64,000 nucleotides of DNA from an uncultured Acidobacteriota bacterium (GTDB taxonomy: Bacteria > Acidobacteriota > Thermoanaerobaculia > Thermoanaerobaculales > Sulfomarinibacteraceae): the NCBI GenBank assembly GCA_963823445.1, contig CAWGLT010000015.1:70520-134519 (forward strand), given 5' to 3'. Each line of letters starts with the position of its first letter. The first letter of the stretch is position 1. Below are positions 54,167-64,000 of the stretch, one piece after another. The translations under genes were made by a program, and so were the position numbers. The notes under the pieces are model-generated. The model was not told where the DNA came from, ran no database searches, and was given only the letters and a program-made list of their open reading frames with translations.

Positions 54167-54757
54167 GTGGAAATTCGCGAGGTCACCTTTCGTAAATCGG
54201 CGCTCAAGCCATCGGATCGGCCGCAGGAGTATTTTCCTCATGTTGCGGTTGCCGGTCGCTCAAATGTTGGCAAGTCGAGCCTGCTCAATTGGTTGCTTCG
54301 TCAAAACATGGCGAAGGTGGCCAAGGCGCCGGGTAAGACGCGAACGCTTAACTTCTTCCTCGTCAACCGGTCTTTCTTCCTGGTCGATCTGCCGGGTTAT
54401 GGCTACGCCAAGGTCGGACGGGCGCTCCAGGAGGAGTGGGGACGGGAGCTCGGGAACTACCTCGCGACGGAAGAGAGACTGGCGGGGGTCATCACCCTGG
54501 TGGACATTCGGCACGGGCCGACCGATCTTGATCTCGGTCTTCAAGAAATGTTGCTCGCGACCGGGAAAGAGCGCCTCGTGGTGCTCACCAAGGCCGACAA
54601 GGTCAATCGTGGGAAGCGCGCCGGGATGCAGTTTCAGGTTCAAAAAGAGCTCGGTCTGGCGCGGCCGCCCGCAGTTGTGAGCGTCAAGACCGGAGAAGGT
54701 CGAAAAGAGCTGCTCGAAGGGATCGACGAGCTCGTTTTAGCGTGGCGATCAAGATAA
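54167..54757 (+). CDS. engB: ribosome biogenesis GTP-binding protein YsxC/EngB
   Basis: GTG start. G1 [13 protein letters not shown]3 DLPGYG, G4 TKADK. Confidence 0.85.
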   Translation: MEIREVTFRKSALKPSDRPQEYFPHVAVAGRSNVGKSSLLNWLLRQNMAKVAKAPGKTRTLNFFLVNRSFFLVDLPGYGYAKVGRALQEEWGRELGNYLATEERLAGVITLVDIRHGPTDLDLGLQEMLLATGKERLVVLTKADKVNRGKRAGMQFQVQKELGLARPPAVVSVKTGEGRKELLEGIDELVLAWRSR

Positions 54758-54770
54758 CGGAGAAACTCAC

Positions 54771-56132
54771 ATGGGACGCAAGAAAAAAACCACCGAAGAA
54801 CCGGTTGTGATTCCCCTCGATCTCGATGACGAGATCGAGGAAAGGGAACAGGCCGCTGCAGCCGCCGCTGCACAGGAGGGACGCCTCGATCTCACCCAGC
54901 TCAAGGAGATGACCATCAACGAGCTCTGTGGCGTGGCCAAGTCGCTCAAGGTGGAGAACCCGGCCGGGATGCGGAGGCAGGATCTCATCTTCCGGATTCT
55001 CCAGCGGCAAACCGAGCGCGAGGGCCTCATCTTCGGCGAGGGCGTGCTCGAGGTGCTGCCGGAGGGCTTCGGCTTTCTCCGCGCCCCGGAGTACAACTAT
55101 CTGCCGGGTCCCGACGACATCTATGTGTCACCGTCTCAGATCCGGCGGTTCAACCTTCACACCGGCGATACGGTGTCGGGACAGATCCGACCGCCAAAAG
55201 AGGGCGAGCGCTACTTCGCCCTGATCAAGGTCGAGGCCATCAACTTCGAGCCGCCCGAGGTCGCCATGGAGAAAGTGCACTTCGACAATCTGACGCCGCT
55301 CTATCCGGATGAGTGGCTCAGACTCGAGGTCGAGGGCAACATGACCGCGCGGGTCATGGACCTCGCGACTCCGCTGGGCAAGGGTCAGCGCGGTCTCCTG
55401 GTGGCTCCACCCCGGACCGGCAAGACCATGATGTTGCAGGCAATCGCCAACTCCATCACCACCAATGATCCGGAGGTCACTCTCATCGTCCTGCTCATCG
55501 ACGAGCGGCCGGAGGAAGTCACCGACATGCAGCGTTCGGTGCGCGGCGAGGTCATTTCGTCGACTTTCGACGAGCCCGCCACCCGCCACGTTCAGGTCGC
55601 GGAGATGGTGATCGAAAAGGCCAAGCGGTTGGTCGAACACAAACGGGACGTCGTGATCCTCCTCGATTCGATCACCCGCCTCGCACGCGCTTACAACACC
55701 GTGGTGCCGCCGTCGGGCAAGGTGCTTTCCGGCGGTGTCGACTCCAATGCGCTGCAGAAGCCCAAGAGATTCTTCGGCGCCGCGCGCAATATCGAGGAGG
55801 GTGGCAGTCTGACCATCGTCGGCACCGCCCTCATCGACACCGGTTCGCGGATGGACGATGTGATTTTCGAGGAGTTCAAGGGAACCGGCAACATGGAGGT
55901 CCACCTCGACCGCAAACTCGTCGAGCGCCGGGTCTTCCCCTCCATCGACATCCACAAGTCCGGGACCCGCAAGGAAGAGCTTCTCATCGACGAGTGGGAA
56001 CTTCGCCGGATCTGGGTTCTGCGCAAGGTGCTCTCCTCCCTCTCCCCGGTCGAAGCCATGGAGCTGCTGCTCGAACGACTCGGGGGTACGCCGTCCAACC
56101 GCGAATTCCTCGAGGCGATGTCGCAGGGGTGA
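54771..56132 (+). CDS. rho: transcription termination factor Rho
   Basis: 453 aa with RNP1-like GFGFLR, Walker [12 protein letters not shown] and a short acidic/Ala N-terminal extension. Confidence 0.95.
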   Translation: MGRKKKTTEEPVVIPLDLDDEIEEREQAAAAAAAQEGRLDLTQLKEMTINELCGVAKSLKVENPAGMRRQDLIFRILQRQTEREGLIFGEGVLEVLPEGFGFLRAPEYNYLPGPDDIYVSPSQIRRFNLHTGDTVSGQIRPPKEGERYFALIKVEAINFEPPEVAMEKVHFDNLTPLYPDEWLRLEVEGNMTARVMDLATPLGKGQRGLLVAPPRTGKTMMLQAIANSITTNDPEVTLIVLLIDERPEEVTDMQRSVRGEVISSTFDEPATRHVQVAEMVIEKAKRLVEHKRDVVILLDSITRLARAYNTVVPPSGKVLSGGVDSNALQKPKRFFGAARNIEEGGSLTIVGTALIDTGSRMDDVIFEEFKGTGNMEVHLDRKLVERRVFPSIDIHKSGTRKEELLIDEWELRRIWVLRKVLSSLSPVEAMELLLERLGGTPSNREFLEAMSQG

Positions 56133-56149
56133 GCCCCGCTCACTCTTGG

Positions 56150-56183
56150 TTCGTAAAACGTAAGTCGTGAGTCGTAAGTCGTT
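56150..56183. repeat. heptamer-phased array RAGTCGT (arm 1)
   Basis: GGTTCGT AAAACGT AAGTCGT GAGTCGT AAGTCGT. GTCGTGAGTCGT (56164-75) is the perfect reverse complement of 56305-56316. Confidence 0.7.
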
Positions 56184-56282
56184 TCACACAGATCGGGAGT
56201 GTCCAGGGTTCATATGCAGCCGCGCATCGAGTTCTGAGGCCAGAAAACGCGGAAATGCAATCACCACCACGTCGGAAGCGCC

Positions 56283-56318
56283 CGCGACTCACGATTCACG
56301 AATGACGACTCACGACGT
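56283..56318. repeat. heptamer-phased array ACGANTC (arm 2, inverted)
   Basis: GCGACTC ACGATTC ACGAATG ACGACTC ACGACGT. Confidence 0.7.
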
Positions 56319-56360
56319 TCTCGCTTGACACGCGAGAGAGACAAGGAGAGACTCGGTCGC

Positions 56361-57428
56361 ATGACGGTGTCTGAAATCCTCGACAAGGCGGTGGCCGGCG
56401 AACGGATCGATCGCGCGGAGATCGAGCGGCTCTTTGCCGAAGGTTCGCTCCTCGAGCTTGGCCAGTCGGCCGATGCCGTCCGGCGGCGGAAGACCGATGA
56501 GGGCATCGCCTCCTACATCATCGACCGTAACATCAACTACACGAATGTCTGCATCTACCGCTGTCGGTTCTGCGCCTTCTACCGGAGCAAGGATGCCATC
56601 GACGCCTATGTTCTTCCGTTTTCGGAGATCGCCGACAAGGTGGCCGAGACCGTCGCCGCCGGCGGGACCGGGATTCTCCTCCAGGGCGGAGTCCACCCTG
56701 ATCTCCGCATGGAGTATTACGAAGATCTCCTGCGGCAGCTCAAGGCGGGCTTTCCCGAGGTTCATCTTCACGCGTTCTCCGTGCCCGAGATCTGGTTCCT
56801 CGCCAAGGCGGAGAAGCTGCCGGTCAAAGATGTCATCACGCGACTCATGGCCGCGGGGTTGGAGTCGATCCCGGGTGGCGGCGCGGAGATTCTCGAGGAT
56901 GCGACCCGACGTCGGATCCTCGCTCGCGCGAAAGCAAGCACGAACCAGTGGCTCGATGTCCACGGTGTGGCGCACGATCTCGGGCTGCGGACCACAGCGA
57001 CCATGATGTTCGGCGTCGGCGAGCCGATCACGGCGCGGATCGAGCATTTCCTCGGTGTCCGCGAGCTCCAGGATCGAACCGGCGGGTTCACCGCCTTCAT
57101 CCCGTGGACCTTTCAAGAGCAAAGCACCGATTTGCAGGGCGAAGGGGAACCGGCCGGCGGTTTCGACTATCTCCGGACTCTCGCCATCGCCAGGCTGGTT
57201 TTCGACAACATCGACCATGTCCAGGGATCGTGGGTGACCCAGGGCGCCAAAATCGGTCAGCTCTCGCTCTTCTTCGGTGCCGATGATCTCGGCTCCATCA
57301 TGCTCGAGGAAAATGTGGTCGCCGCGGCGGGGGTCGAGTTCCGCATGACCCAGCGCGACATGGAACGGACCATCCGCGAGGCGGGTCTCACGCCGCGGCA
57401 ACGGAGGACGTTGTACGAGCCGTTGTAA
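56361..57428 (+). CDS. mqnC: radical SAM cyclic dehypoxanthinyl futalosine synthase (MqnC-like; menaquinone via futalosine)
   Basis: Starts MTVSEILDKA, with AAGGAG about 11 nt upstream. CIYRCRFC cluster. SWVTQG and GSIMLEENVVAAAG fit my memory of MqnC rather than MqnE. The MqnC/MqnE/CofH split was not verified. Confidence 0.7.
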   Translation: MTVSEILDKAVAGERIDRAEIERLFAEGSLLELGQSADAVRRRKTDEGIASYIIDRNINYTNVCIYRCRFCAFYRSKDAIDAYVLPFSEIADKVAETVAAGGTGILLQGGVHPDLRMEYYEDLLRQLKAGFPEVHLHAFSVPEIWFLAKAEKLPVKDVITRLMAAGLESIPGGGAEILEDATRRRILARAKASTNQWLDVHGVAHDLGLRTTATMMFGVGEPITARIEHFLGVRELQDRTGGFTAFIPWTFQEQSTDLQGEGEPAGGFDYLRTLAIARLVFDNIDHVQGSWVTQGAKIGQLSLFFGADDLGSIMLEENVVAAAGVEFRMTQRDMERTIREAGLTPRQRRTLYEPL

Positions 57429-57446
57429 TTCGCTTTCGCGAATTAC
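57425..57446. terminator. perfect 9-bp hairpin between convergent mqnC and rng
   Basis: GTAATTCGC-TTTC-GCGAATTAC overlaps both stop codons. No long U-tract. Confidence 0.4.
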
Positions 57447-58927
57447 TATCCGATGATCTCGAACTGTTCCTGGTGCTGCAGCGGGTTCTCCCGCAGGATG
57501 ACCTGGACGCCGTGAACCTCCTCGAGCTCTCGCAGCAGTTCTCGGAACGGACCTTGGAGATAGTGGGAGACCTCGGGGTGGACCACCAACGAGAGCTGAT
57601 CGCCGAGGCCGGCGGTCACCGACTCGAGCAGGCTGCGTCGGACCTCGAGGCAGATGGTGGCGAGGGCTTTGATCCGCCCTGAACCGTGGCAATACGGGCA
57701 CTCCCGGCTCAGGGTTCGATCGAGGCTCGGTCGGGTCCGCTTCCGGGTGAGCTGGATGAGTCCTATATCGGACATGGGCAGGAGCTGAATCCGTGCCGGG
57801 TCGCCCTCGAGCTCGGTCTCGAGGGCCTGATAGAGCTCGAGACGATGGGCCGGGTCCTCCATGTCGATGAAATCGATGACGACGATGCCGCCGAGGTCGC
57901 GGAGGCGAAGCTGTCTGGCGATCTCCCGCACCGCTTCGAGGTTGAGGGTGAAAACGGTTTCTTCGAGGGACTTCGTGCCGACATACTTGCCGGTGTTGAT
58001 GTCGATGGCGACGAGGGCCTCGGTTTGATTGACCACCAGATAGCCGCCGGATTTGAGCCACACCTTCGGCCGCAGCGCCTTCTCGAGTTCCCGGTCGATG
58101 CCAAATGCGCTCATGAGATCGGTCGACTTCCGGAAAAGTTTGAGCCGGGGAACGAGGGTCGGATCCGACTGCTCCAGGAACTCGAGAACCTCCTCGAACG
58201 CCTCCTCCTCATCGATCCACGCCTCCTGCACCGCAAGGGTGAAGGTGTCCCGGACCGCGCGCAAAACCGGGCTCAGCTCATGGTGGACGAGATAGGGCGC
58301 GGTGGTTTTCTCCGAGGCGGTCTGGATCTGCTCCCAGAGATTGACGAGATAGCGCCGATCCGCCGCCAATTCGACTCGACCCTGTCCCTCCCCGGCGGTC
58401 CGGACGATCCATCCGCCCCCGCCGAACTCCTCGATCACGCTCTTGAGCCGCCCCCGCTCGTCGTCGTCGGTGATCCGCCGCGAAACGCCGAGCTGTTCCA
58501 CGGTGGGCATGTAAACCAAGAAGCGTCCGGGCAGGGTGATGTGAGTGGTGAGCCGAGCGCCTTTGGTGCCGATGGGATCCTTCACGACCTGGACGAGGAT
58601 TTCCTGTCCCTGGCGGAGGAGATCGCCGATGTCGGTTTCCGCGAACTCGCTGGGTCCGGGCTCGTCATCGACCCGGAAGATGTCGGTGAACTCATCCATG
58701 ACGCCGCCGGCCTCGCGGACGTAGAGAAAGCCGTCTCGGGGGAGACCAACATCAATAAACGCCGCCTGCATGCCCGGCAGAACGCGGGTGACCCGGCCCT
58801 TGTAGAGATTGCCGACCACGGAAGAAGTCCGGTGTCGTTCCGCTCGGTAGCTCACCAGGCGCGATTTTTCGCGCAGGGCCACTCGGGTTTCGAATGGGTT
58901 GACCGAGAGAAAGAGAACGGAGTTCAT
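57446..58927 (-). CDS. rng: ribonuclease G / RNase E-G family endoribonuclease
   Basis: 493 aa from MNSVLFLSVNPFETRVAL. S1 domain GNLYKGRVTRVLPGMQAAFIDVG. The ATG overlaps the rodA TGA by 1 nt. The longer ORF to 59881 runs through rodA in another frame. Confidence 0.85.
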   Translation of the reverse strand: MNSVLFLSVNPFETRVALREKSRLVSYRAERHRTSSVVGNLYKGRVTRVLPGMQAAFIDVGLPRDGFLYVREAGGVMDEFTDIFRVDDEPGPSEFAETDIGDLLRQGQEILVQVVKDPIGTKGARLTTHITLPGRFLVYMPTVEQLGVSRRITDDDERGRLKSVIEEFGGGGWIVRTAGEGQGRVELAADRRYLVNLWEQIQTASEKTTAPYLVHHELSPVLRAVRDTFTLAVQEAWIDEEEAFEEVLEFLEQSDPTLVPRLKLFRKSTDLMSAFGIDRELEKALRPKVWLKSGGYLVVNQTEALVAIDINTGKYVGTKSLEETVFTLNLEAVREIARQLRLRDLGGIVVIDFIDMEDPAHRLELYQALETELEGDPARIQLLPMSDIGLIQLTRKRTRPSLDRTLSRECPYCHGSGRIKALATICLEVRRSLLESVTAGLGDQLSLVVHPEVSHYLQGPFRELLRELEEVHGVQVILRENPLQHQEQFEIIG

Positions 58928-60003
58928 CACTGATTCACCAGACGATGCCGCCAGACCGACTGTACCGCACCGAGGGCCGCACAGGTCGAGAGCAGCGACG
59001 AACCGCCGTAGGAAAACAGCGGCAGCGTAATTCCTGTCGTCGGCAAGAGCCCGAGGACCATCCCGAGATTGACCACCACCTGAAACGCGAGCCACGAGCA
59101 GACCAGGAGAGCCAAAACGAGACCGAAACGGTTCTCTGCGACAACCGCCGCCATCCCGATGCGATAGAGCAACAAGGCATAGGCCAAGAGGAGTCCGGTT
59201 GCTCCGACAAAACCGGTAGCCTCGGCCCATACTGCAAACGCGAAATCGGTGTGCTGAGCCGGGAGAAACCGGAGCAGAGACTGCGAGCCGTGACCGACCC
59301 CCTGGCCGGCCAGCCGACCTGCGCCGACGGCGATCTTCGACTGTCGCACCTGGTAGCCGGCTCCATACGGGTCGCGCTCGGGGTCGAGGACGGTCAGGAC
59401 CCGTTCCTTCTGGAAATCTTTCAACACGGTCTGCCAGCCGAAAACACCGACCAGAATGCCGAAAGCAACAAGACCGATCCAGGCCCAGCGCGGAAGACCG
59501 CCGATCCAAAGAGCTGCAACGGCCACCGGGAAATAGGTCAGAGTCACCCCGAGATCCGGCTCGAGGGCCACCAAACCGGCCGCCGCGCCGACGAGAGCGA
59601 CCAGCACCGCCACCTCCTTCGCGGACAGCCTGCGACCGCTCCGGCGACCGAGCCATGCCGCGACGATCAGGATCGTAGCCCCGCGGGCGAACTCGCTCGG
59701 TTGGATGGTCAGAGGACCCAGGGCGAACCAACCGCGGGTGCCGCTGCGGATCTCGCCGAAAAAGAGGACAGTCACCAGCGCCGCGAGGCCGAGAAGATAC
59801 ACCAGAGGTGCGACGCGGGCATAGAAATCGAGACGGACGCGGGAGAGGGCCACGAGAGTCAGCATGCCGGCGCAGGCCCACAGAAGCTGGCGGACCAGCA
59901 ACTGGGAACCGACGACGTCTTCAACGGCATTCTGGGTCACCAACGACGCCCCGAGAATGCCGGCGACGGCCAGAATCAGCCAGGCGTCGATGCGGTGGTC
60001 CAT
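58927..60003 (-). CDS. rodA: rod shape-determining peptidoglycan glycosyltransferase RodA (SEDS family)
   Basis: 358 aa, about 10 TM segments, FtsW/RodA/SpoVE-like (TDFAFAVWAEATG, GITLPLFSYGGSS). Located downstream of mrdA. Confidence 0.9.
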   Translation of the reverse strand: MDHRIDAWLILAVAGILGASLVTQNAVEDVVGSQLLVRQLLWACAGMLTLVALSRVRLDFYARVAPLVYLLGLAALVTVLFFGEIRSGTRGWFALGPLTIQPSEFARGATILIVAAWLGRRSGRRLSAKEVAVLVALVGAAAGLVALEPDLGVTLTYFPVAVAALWIGGLPRWAWIGLVAFGILVGVFGWQTVLKDFQKERVLTVLDPERDPYGAGYQVRQSKIAVGAGRLAGQGVGHGSQSLLRFLPAQHTDFAFAVWAEATGFVGATGLLLAYALLLYRIGMAAVVAENRFGLVLALLVCSWLAFQVVVNLGMVLGLLPTTGITLPLFSYGGSSLLSTCAALGAVQSVWRHRLVNQ

Positions 60004-60012
60004 GACTCGATC

Positions 60013-61803
60013 TTACCTTTCCTGGCCCTGGCCGAGTGCCTGGTCTGCGTTCTCACCGAGGGCCGCCGCCAGGATGGTCGATGCGGTCGGAGCTGCGATA
60101 CTCCCGCCGCCACCGCCGTGCTCGACGACCACGGCGACGACGATCTGCGGATCATCGAGGGGCGCCCAACCGATGAACCACGCGTGGTGCTGGAGGTGCG
60201 GCGCGAGATCCTCCGAGTCGACGCCCTCCTGGAGGCGTACGACCTGCGCGGTACCGGTCTTTCCGGCCACCGGTAGGGTGGCCAGTGATCGGGCGGTCCC
60301 CTGGTCGCCGTGAACGACCAACTCGAGGCCGTGCTTGACGAGCTCGAGCTGTGACGGGTCGAGCTTGAGATCGACGGGCACGGAGTCCTTTGGATCCACC
60401 ACGACGTGCGGGGTGACCAGACGGCCGCCGTTGGCGATCGCCGAGAAGCCCCGGGCCAACTGGATTGCGGTCGCGAGGACCGGACCCTGGCCGATGGACA
60501 CCGATACCGCCTCGCCCGGATACCAGGGCGTGCCCCGTACGCGACGGCTCCACTCGGGACTCCCGATGAGCCCCGACGCCTCCGAGGGCAGACCGATCCC
60601 GGTTCGACGTCCGAAACCGAAGGTCTCCAGCCATCCGGCCATGCGGTCGATTCCAAGCCGCTGACCGAGTTGATAGTAGTAGACGTCGCAGGATACCTCG
60701 AGGGATCGCAAGAGGTTGACCTTGCCGTGGCCGCCCCGGTGCCAACACCTGAATCGGTGGCCGTAGAGAACGATTCCTCCAGTGCACTGAACCGTCCAGT
60801 CGGGGGTCACCACACCTTCGTTCAGAGCGGCCAGGGCGAGAAAGGGCTTGATGGTGGAACCCGGCGGGTAGGTTCCTTGCAGACACCGATCCTGGAGCGG
60901 CAGCCGGGGATCCTTGGCGAGCGTGTTCCAGTCCTCGATCGACAATTTTCCCGAGAAGAGCTCGGGTTCGAAGGACGGCGCCGAGTACAGCGCCCGGACG
61001 GCGCCGTTGTTCGGATCGATGGCTGCAATCGCACCGCCCCGGTCGCCCAGCGCCTCCGCCGCGACCTGCTGGAGCCTGGCGTCGAGGGTGACCGCGAGGT
61101 CCTTTCCGGATGTTGAAGGATCCTCCCGTATGACCCCGAGTTGGCGGCCCACCGCCGAGACCACCACCCAGCGTTCACCGGCCCGACCGGTCAGAAAATC
61201 ATCGGCGAGGGCCTCGACACCGATGGCGCCGACACGAGAGTTCGGATCGAGCCGCGGGTTCGCCAGCAACTCCTCCTCCGATACCATTCGGAGGTGTCCG
61301 ACGGCGTGAGCGACCGCGGGACCGAGGGGGTAGTGTCGGCGAAAGCCGGCGACGATGGAGAGTTCCGGATGATCACTCTGATGGGACCGAACCCGCGTGA
61401 CCTGGTTCCAGTCCAGGTTTTCACCCACGACCATCGGTGCAAGGTGGTCGATCCCGCGTCGATTGACCCGATCGAAGAGTGAAGCCGCTTTTGAGACTCC
61501 GAGACCGGCGACGAAAAGCACGGTTTCGTTGAGGTTTCGGGCTTCATCGGGAAAGAGAAGAAGATCCCAGGTCGGAAGATTGTCGGCCAGGACCTGGCCG
61601 CGGCGGTCGTAGATTCTGCCCCGGACAGCGGCCAGGGGAAGGCGCCGAAGGCGGTTGTTCTCGGCCATCCTCCGCCAGTGGGCGCCCTCGATGAGCTGAA
61701 GCTGAGCCATCCGGAAGTGAAGCGTACCCAGAAAGAGGAAAATCATCAGCAGGAGGACCGTGCCGCGTCGGCGGACCGGACGGAGATCTTCGCGAATCTC
61801 CAC
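60013..61803 (-). CDS. mrdA: penicillin-binding protein 2 (elongasome transpeptidase)
   Basis: SxxK STIKP and KTG KTGTAQ. N-terminal TM LLLMIFLFLGTL. I chose the GTG start overlapping the mreD TAG by 1 nt. A GTG at 61836 is an alternative. Confidence 0.88.
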   Translation of the reverse strand: MEIREDLRPVRRRGTVLLLMIFLFLGTLHFRMAQLQLIEGAHWRRMAENNRLRRLPLAAVRGRIYDRRGQVLADNLPTWDLLLFPDEARNLNETVLFVAGLGVSKAASLFDRVNRRGIDHLAPMVVGENLDWNQVTRVRSHQSDHPELSIVAGFRRHYPLGPAVAHAVGHLRMVSEEELLANPRLDPNSRVGAIGVEALADDFLTGRAGERWVVVSAVGRQLGVIREDPSTSGKDLAVTLDARLQQVAAEALGDRGGAIAAIDPNNGAVRALYSAPSFEPELFSGKLSIEDWNTLAKDPRLPLQDRCLQGTYPPGSTIKPFLALAALNEGVVTPDWTVQCTGGIVLYGHRFRCWHRGGHGKVNLLRSLEVSCDVYYYQLGQRLGIDRMAGWLETFGFGRRTGIGLPSEASGLIGSPEWSRRVRGTPWYPGEAVSVSIGQGPVLATAIQLARGFSAIANGGRLVTPHVVVDPKDSVPVDLKLDPSQLELVKHGLELVVHGDQGTARSLATLPVAGKTGTAQVVRLQEGVDSEDLAPHLQHHAWFIGWAPLDDPQIVVAVVVEHGGGGGSIAAPTASTILAAALGENADQALGQGQER

Positions 61804-62297
61804 TACCGGAGCTTCCTCGCCCGGTACGTGGCCCACCTCATCGGCAGTTCGAGGGCGATGATCCAACCGACCAGGCCGCACCACAGCGAGGTGAGAGAGA
61901 CGCTGAGGAGAACATAGCTCCCGGTCAGTTCGGCTGCGAGACCGAGGGGCATGAGAGCGAGTTGCCGAACGACGATCATCAGACCGGCCCCGAGGGCGCC
62001 GAAGGCGGCCCACGCTCGCGGTGATCGATCGGCGACCAGCGGCACAACATAGCTGACGGCCACCGCCGAAGCACTCCACGCGATGGCGCCCGGACCGACC
62101 ACCGGCTCGAGAACCAGATCCCAGGCGAGACCGAGGAGGAGGGCAAAATGGGGCCAGCGCCGGTCCGCCATCAGAAGCGGCGGCCCGACGACAAAGACCA
62201 TGGGGAGAAGAATGGCGGTCAACCAGGGCGGTGATTCCGGCAGGCCCAGCACGATCTGAGCGACGAGGGTCAACGTGACGAGGAGAGCCACTTTCAC
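61803..62297 (-). CDS. mreD: rod shape-determining protein MreD
   Basis: 164 aa, very hydrophobic (5 TM). 4-nt overlap with mreC. Conserved operon position. Confidence 0.75.
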   Translation of the reverse strand: MKVALLVTLTLVAQIVLGLPESPPWLTAILLPMVFVVGPPLLMADRRWPHFALLLGLAWDLVLEPVVGPGAIAWSASAVAVSYVVPLVADRSPRAWAAFGALGAGLMIVVRQLALMPLGLAAELTGSYVLLSVSLTSLWCGLVGWIIALELPMRWATYRARKLR

Positions 62298-63124
62298 GGT
62301 GACATCCCCTTCGCGGGCGGAGGGTCCATCCAGCCGTCAAGGAGAAGAACGACCCGAGTGGTGGCGAGGGCCGCAGCCGGTGCGGCGCGGACCTCCAGGA
62401 AAGCCTTGTCGCTCTCGCGGACGGCGGTGACCCTACCCACCGGCAGACCGGGCGGATAGATCCCGTCGGCCCCACTGGTCACGAGTTCTTCACCCCGCAG
62501 GAGCTGCGCCTGACGTGGAATGAACTGGATTTCGAGCTCACCGGCGTCGGCGCCGACGGCGAGGCCCTGGACGCGGCCCTCGGCGGTCTGGATGGCGACG
62601 GCCGCGACCGGATGAGTGATGAGTTCGATCCAACAACGACGTCCCTCGGAGCGGATGACCCGGCCGATGACCCCGGTTGAAGCGACGGCGGGGGTGTCGG
62701 CGGGGATACGGCGATCGAGAGCGACCAGGGCGATCATCCGCCCACGTGCAAGATCCCGAAATGTCGTCCGAGCCGGGACCGCCGTCGCCGTGAGATTCGG
62801 GACCAACGCCGCAAGGGTGTTGAGTTCGAGGTGGGCCGCCATGTCCTCTGCCATGATCCGGTTGAGCGCCTTGGTCTTTTCGAGTTCGAGCTGCAGCTCC
62901 CGATTTGTCACCAGCAGAGTCGCCGATTCAGACACCCCCGTTACAGCATCGCTGACAAACGAGCCGATGGCCTCGCCGGTCCAGAGGACGGGTGAAATCG
63001 CCGCCCGCACCCAGACCGAGATCACCCGTTCACCGTCGGGAGACTGCACCTGTGCCGCCGCGAGGATTTCGAGCAGAATCCACAGGAGCACGGTGCGCAG
63101 AATGAGAATCCGCCGATCCGTCAC
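62294..63124 (-). CDS. mreC: rod shape-determining protein MreC
   Basis: 276 aa with an N-terminal TM, a coiled-coil (ELQLELEK) and a beta-barrel domain (TSGADGIYPPGLPVGRV). Confidence 0.85.
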   Translation of the reverse strand: MTDRRILILRTVLLWILLEILAAAQVQSPDGERVISVWVRAAISPVLWTGEAIGSFVSDAVTGVSESATLLVTNRELQLELEKTKALNRIMAEDMAAHLELNTLAALVPNLTATAVPARTTFRDLARGRMIALVALDRRIPADTPAVASTGVIGRVIRSEGRRCWIELITHPVAAVAIQTAEGRVQGLAVGADAGELEIQFIPRQAQLLRGEELVTSGADGIYPPGLPVGRVTAVRESDKAFLEVRAAPAAALATTRVVLLLDGWMDPPPAKGMSP

Positions 63125-63224
63125 GCGCGCAGACTCAACCTTTCACCGCCGGCAGGCGGTCGAGAGGACATTGACGATCCGGAGATCCCGCCGCGGGTTT
63201 GCAGACCCGGTGAGAGAGTTCCGC

Positions 63225-64000
<776 letters not shown>

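Noticed and set aside
56325-56360. Longer mqnC ORF starting at TTG 56325, and a leaderless alternative (TTGACA-17-GAGACT).
   Set aside because: The TTG is itself the -35-like hexamer. The ATG at 56361 has a good AAGGAG RBS, and the GAGACT -10 is weak. I kept the ATG start and did not call the promoter.
57446-59881. The 811-aa ORF suggests a very long RNase E/G, and the 820-aa ORF at 60013-62475 suggests a long PBP2.
   Set aside because: The N-terminal extensions run through rodA and mreD/mreC in other frames and are Arg/Pro-rich. Internal starts (ATG 58927, GTG 61803) give normal-length proteins that abut the upstream stop codons.

Overview
High-GC bacterial chromosome segment spanning the replication-origin neighbourhood. 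The gene content is Gram-negative in type: futalosine pathway, PdxST, TrmFO, and a split atp operon with b/b'. The phylum (Acidobacteriota/Myxococcota-like) is inference only. On the minus strand lie dnaA-dnaN-recF-gyrB-gyrA. A DnaA-box cluster and an AT-rich tract sit in the dnaA-dnaN spacer and probably form oriC. Diverging on the plus strand is a tightly overlapping chain: rpmH-rnpA-yidC-jag-mnmE-mnmG-rsmG-parA-parB-bactofilin, with two parS-like sites. Next comes an F1Fo ATP synthase operon that lacks the a and c subunits (atpF'-F-H-A-G-D-C). The rest is mostly housekeeping:
- smpB, an NtrY-like kinase, a Xer recombinase, trmFO, dprA, pdxST.
- An NSS transporter, lexA, cutA, an RsbW/RsbV-like pair, and an ECF sigma/anti-sigma pair.
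- tig-clpP-clpX-lon-engB-rho, mqnC, rng, and mreBCD-mrdA-rodA.
- Three tRNAs: Pro-CGG, Lys-CTT, Leu-TAG.
I saw no defence island, prophage, IS element or CRISPR array. Two non-coding features are not explained by standard annotation.
1. A family of roughly 250-nt repeats with a conserved, covarying hairpin fills the two large gene-free tracts on either side of the atp operon. Two copies about 90% identical sit in inverted orientation and bracket the operon.
2. Dispersed degenerate heptamer-phased arrays (GAGTCGN/ACGACTC type) occur as inverted pairs in several intergenic regions. One pair contains a perfect 23-nt inverted repeat that brackets a complete LMW phosphatase gene.
Many long ORFs in the six-frame track are GC-driven antisense or out-of-frame artefacts and were not called.
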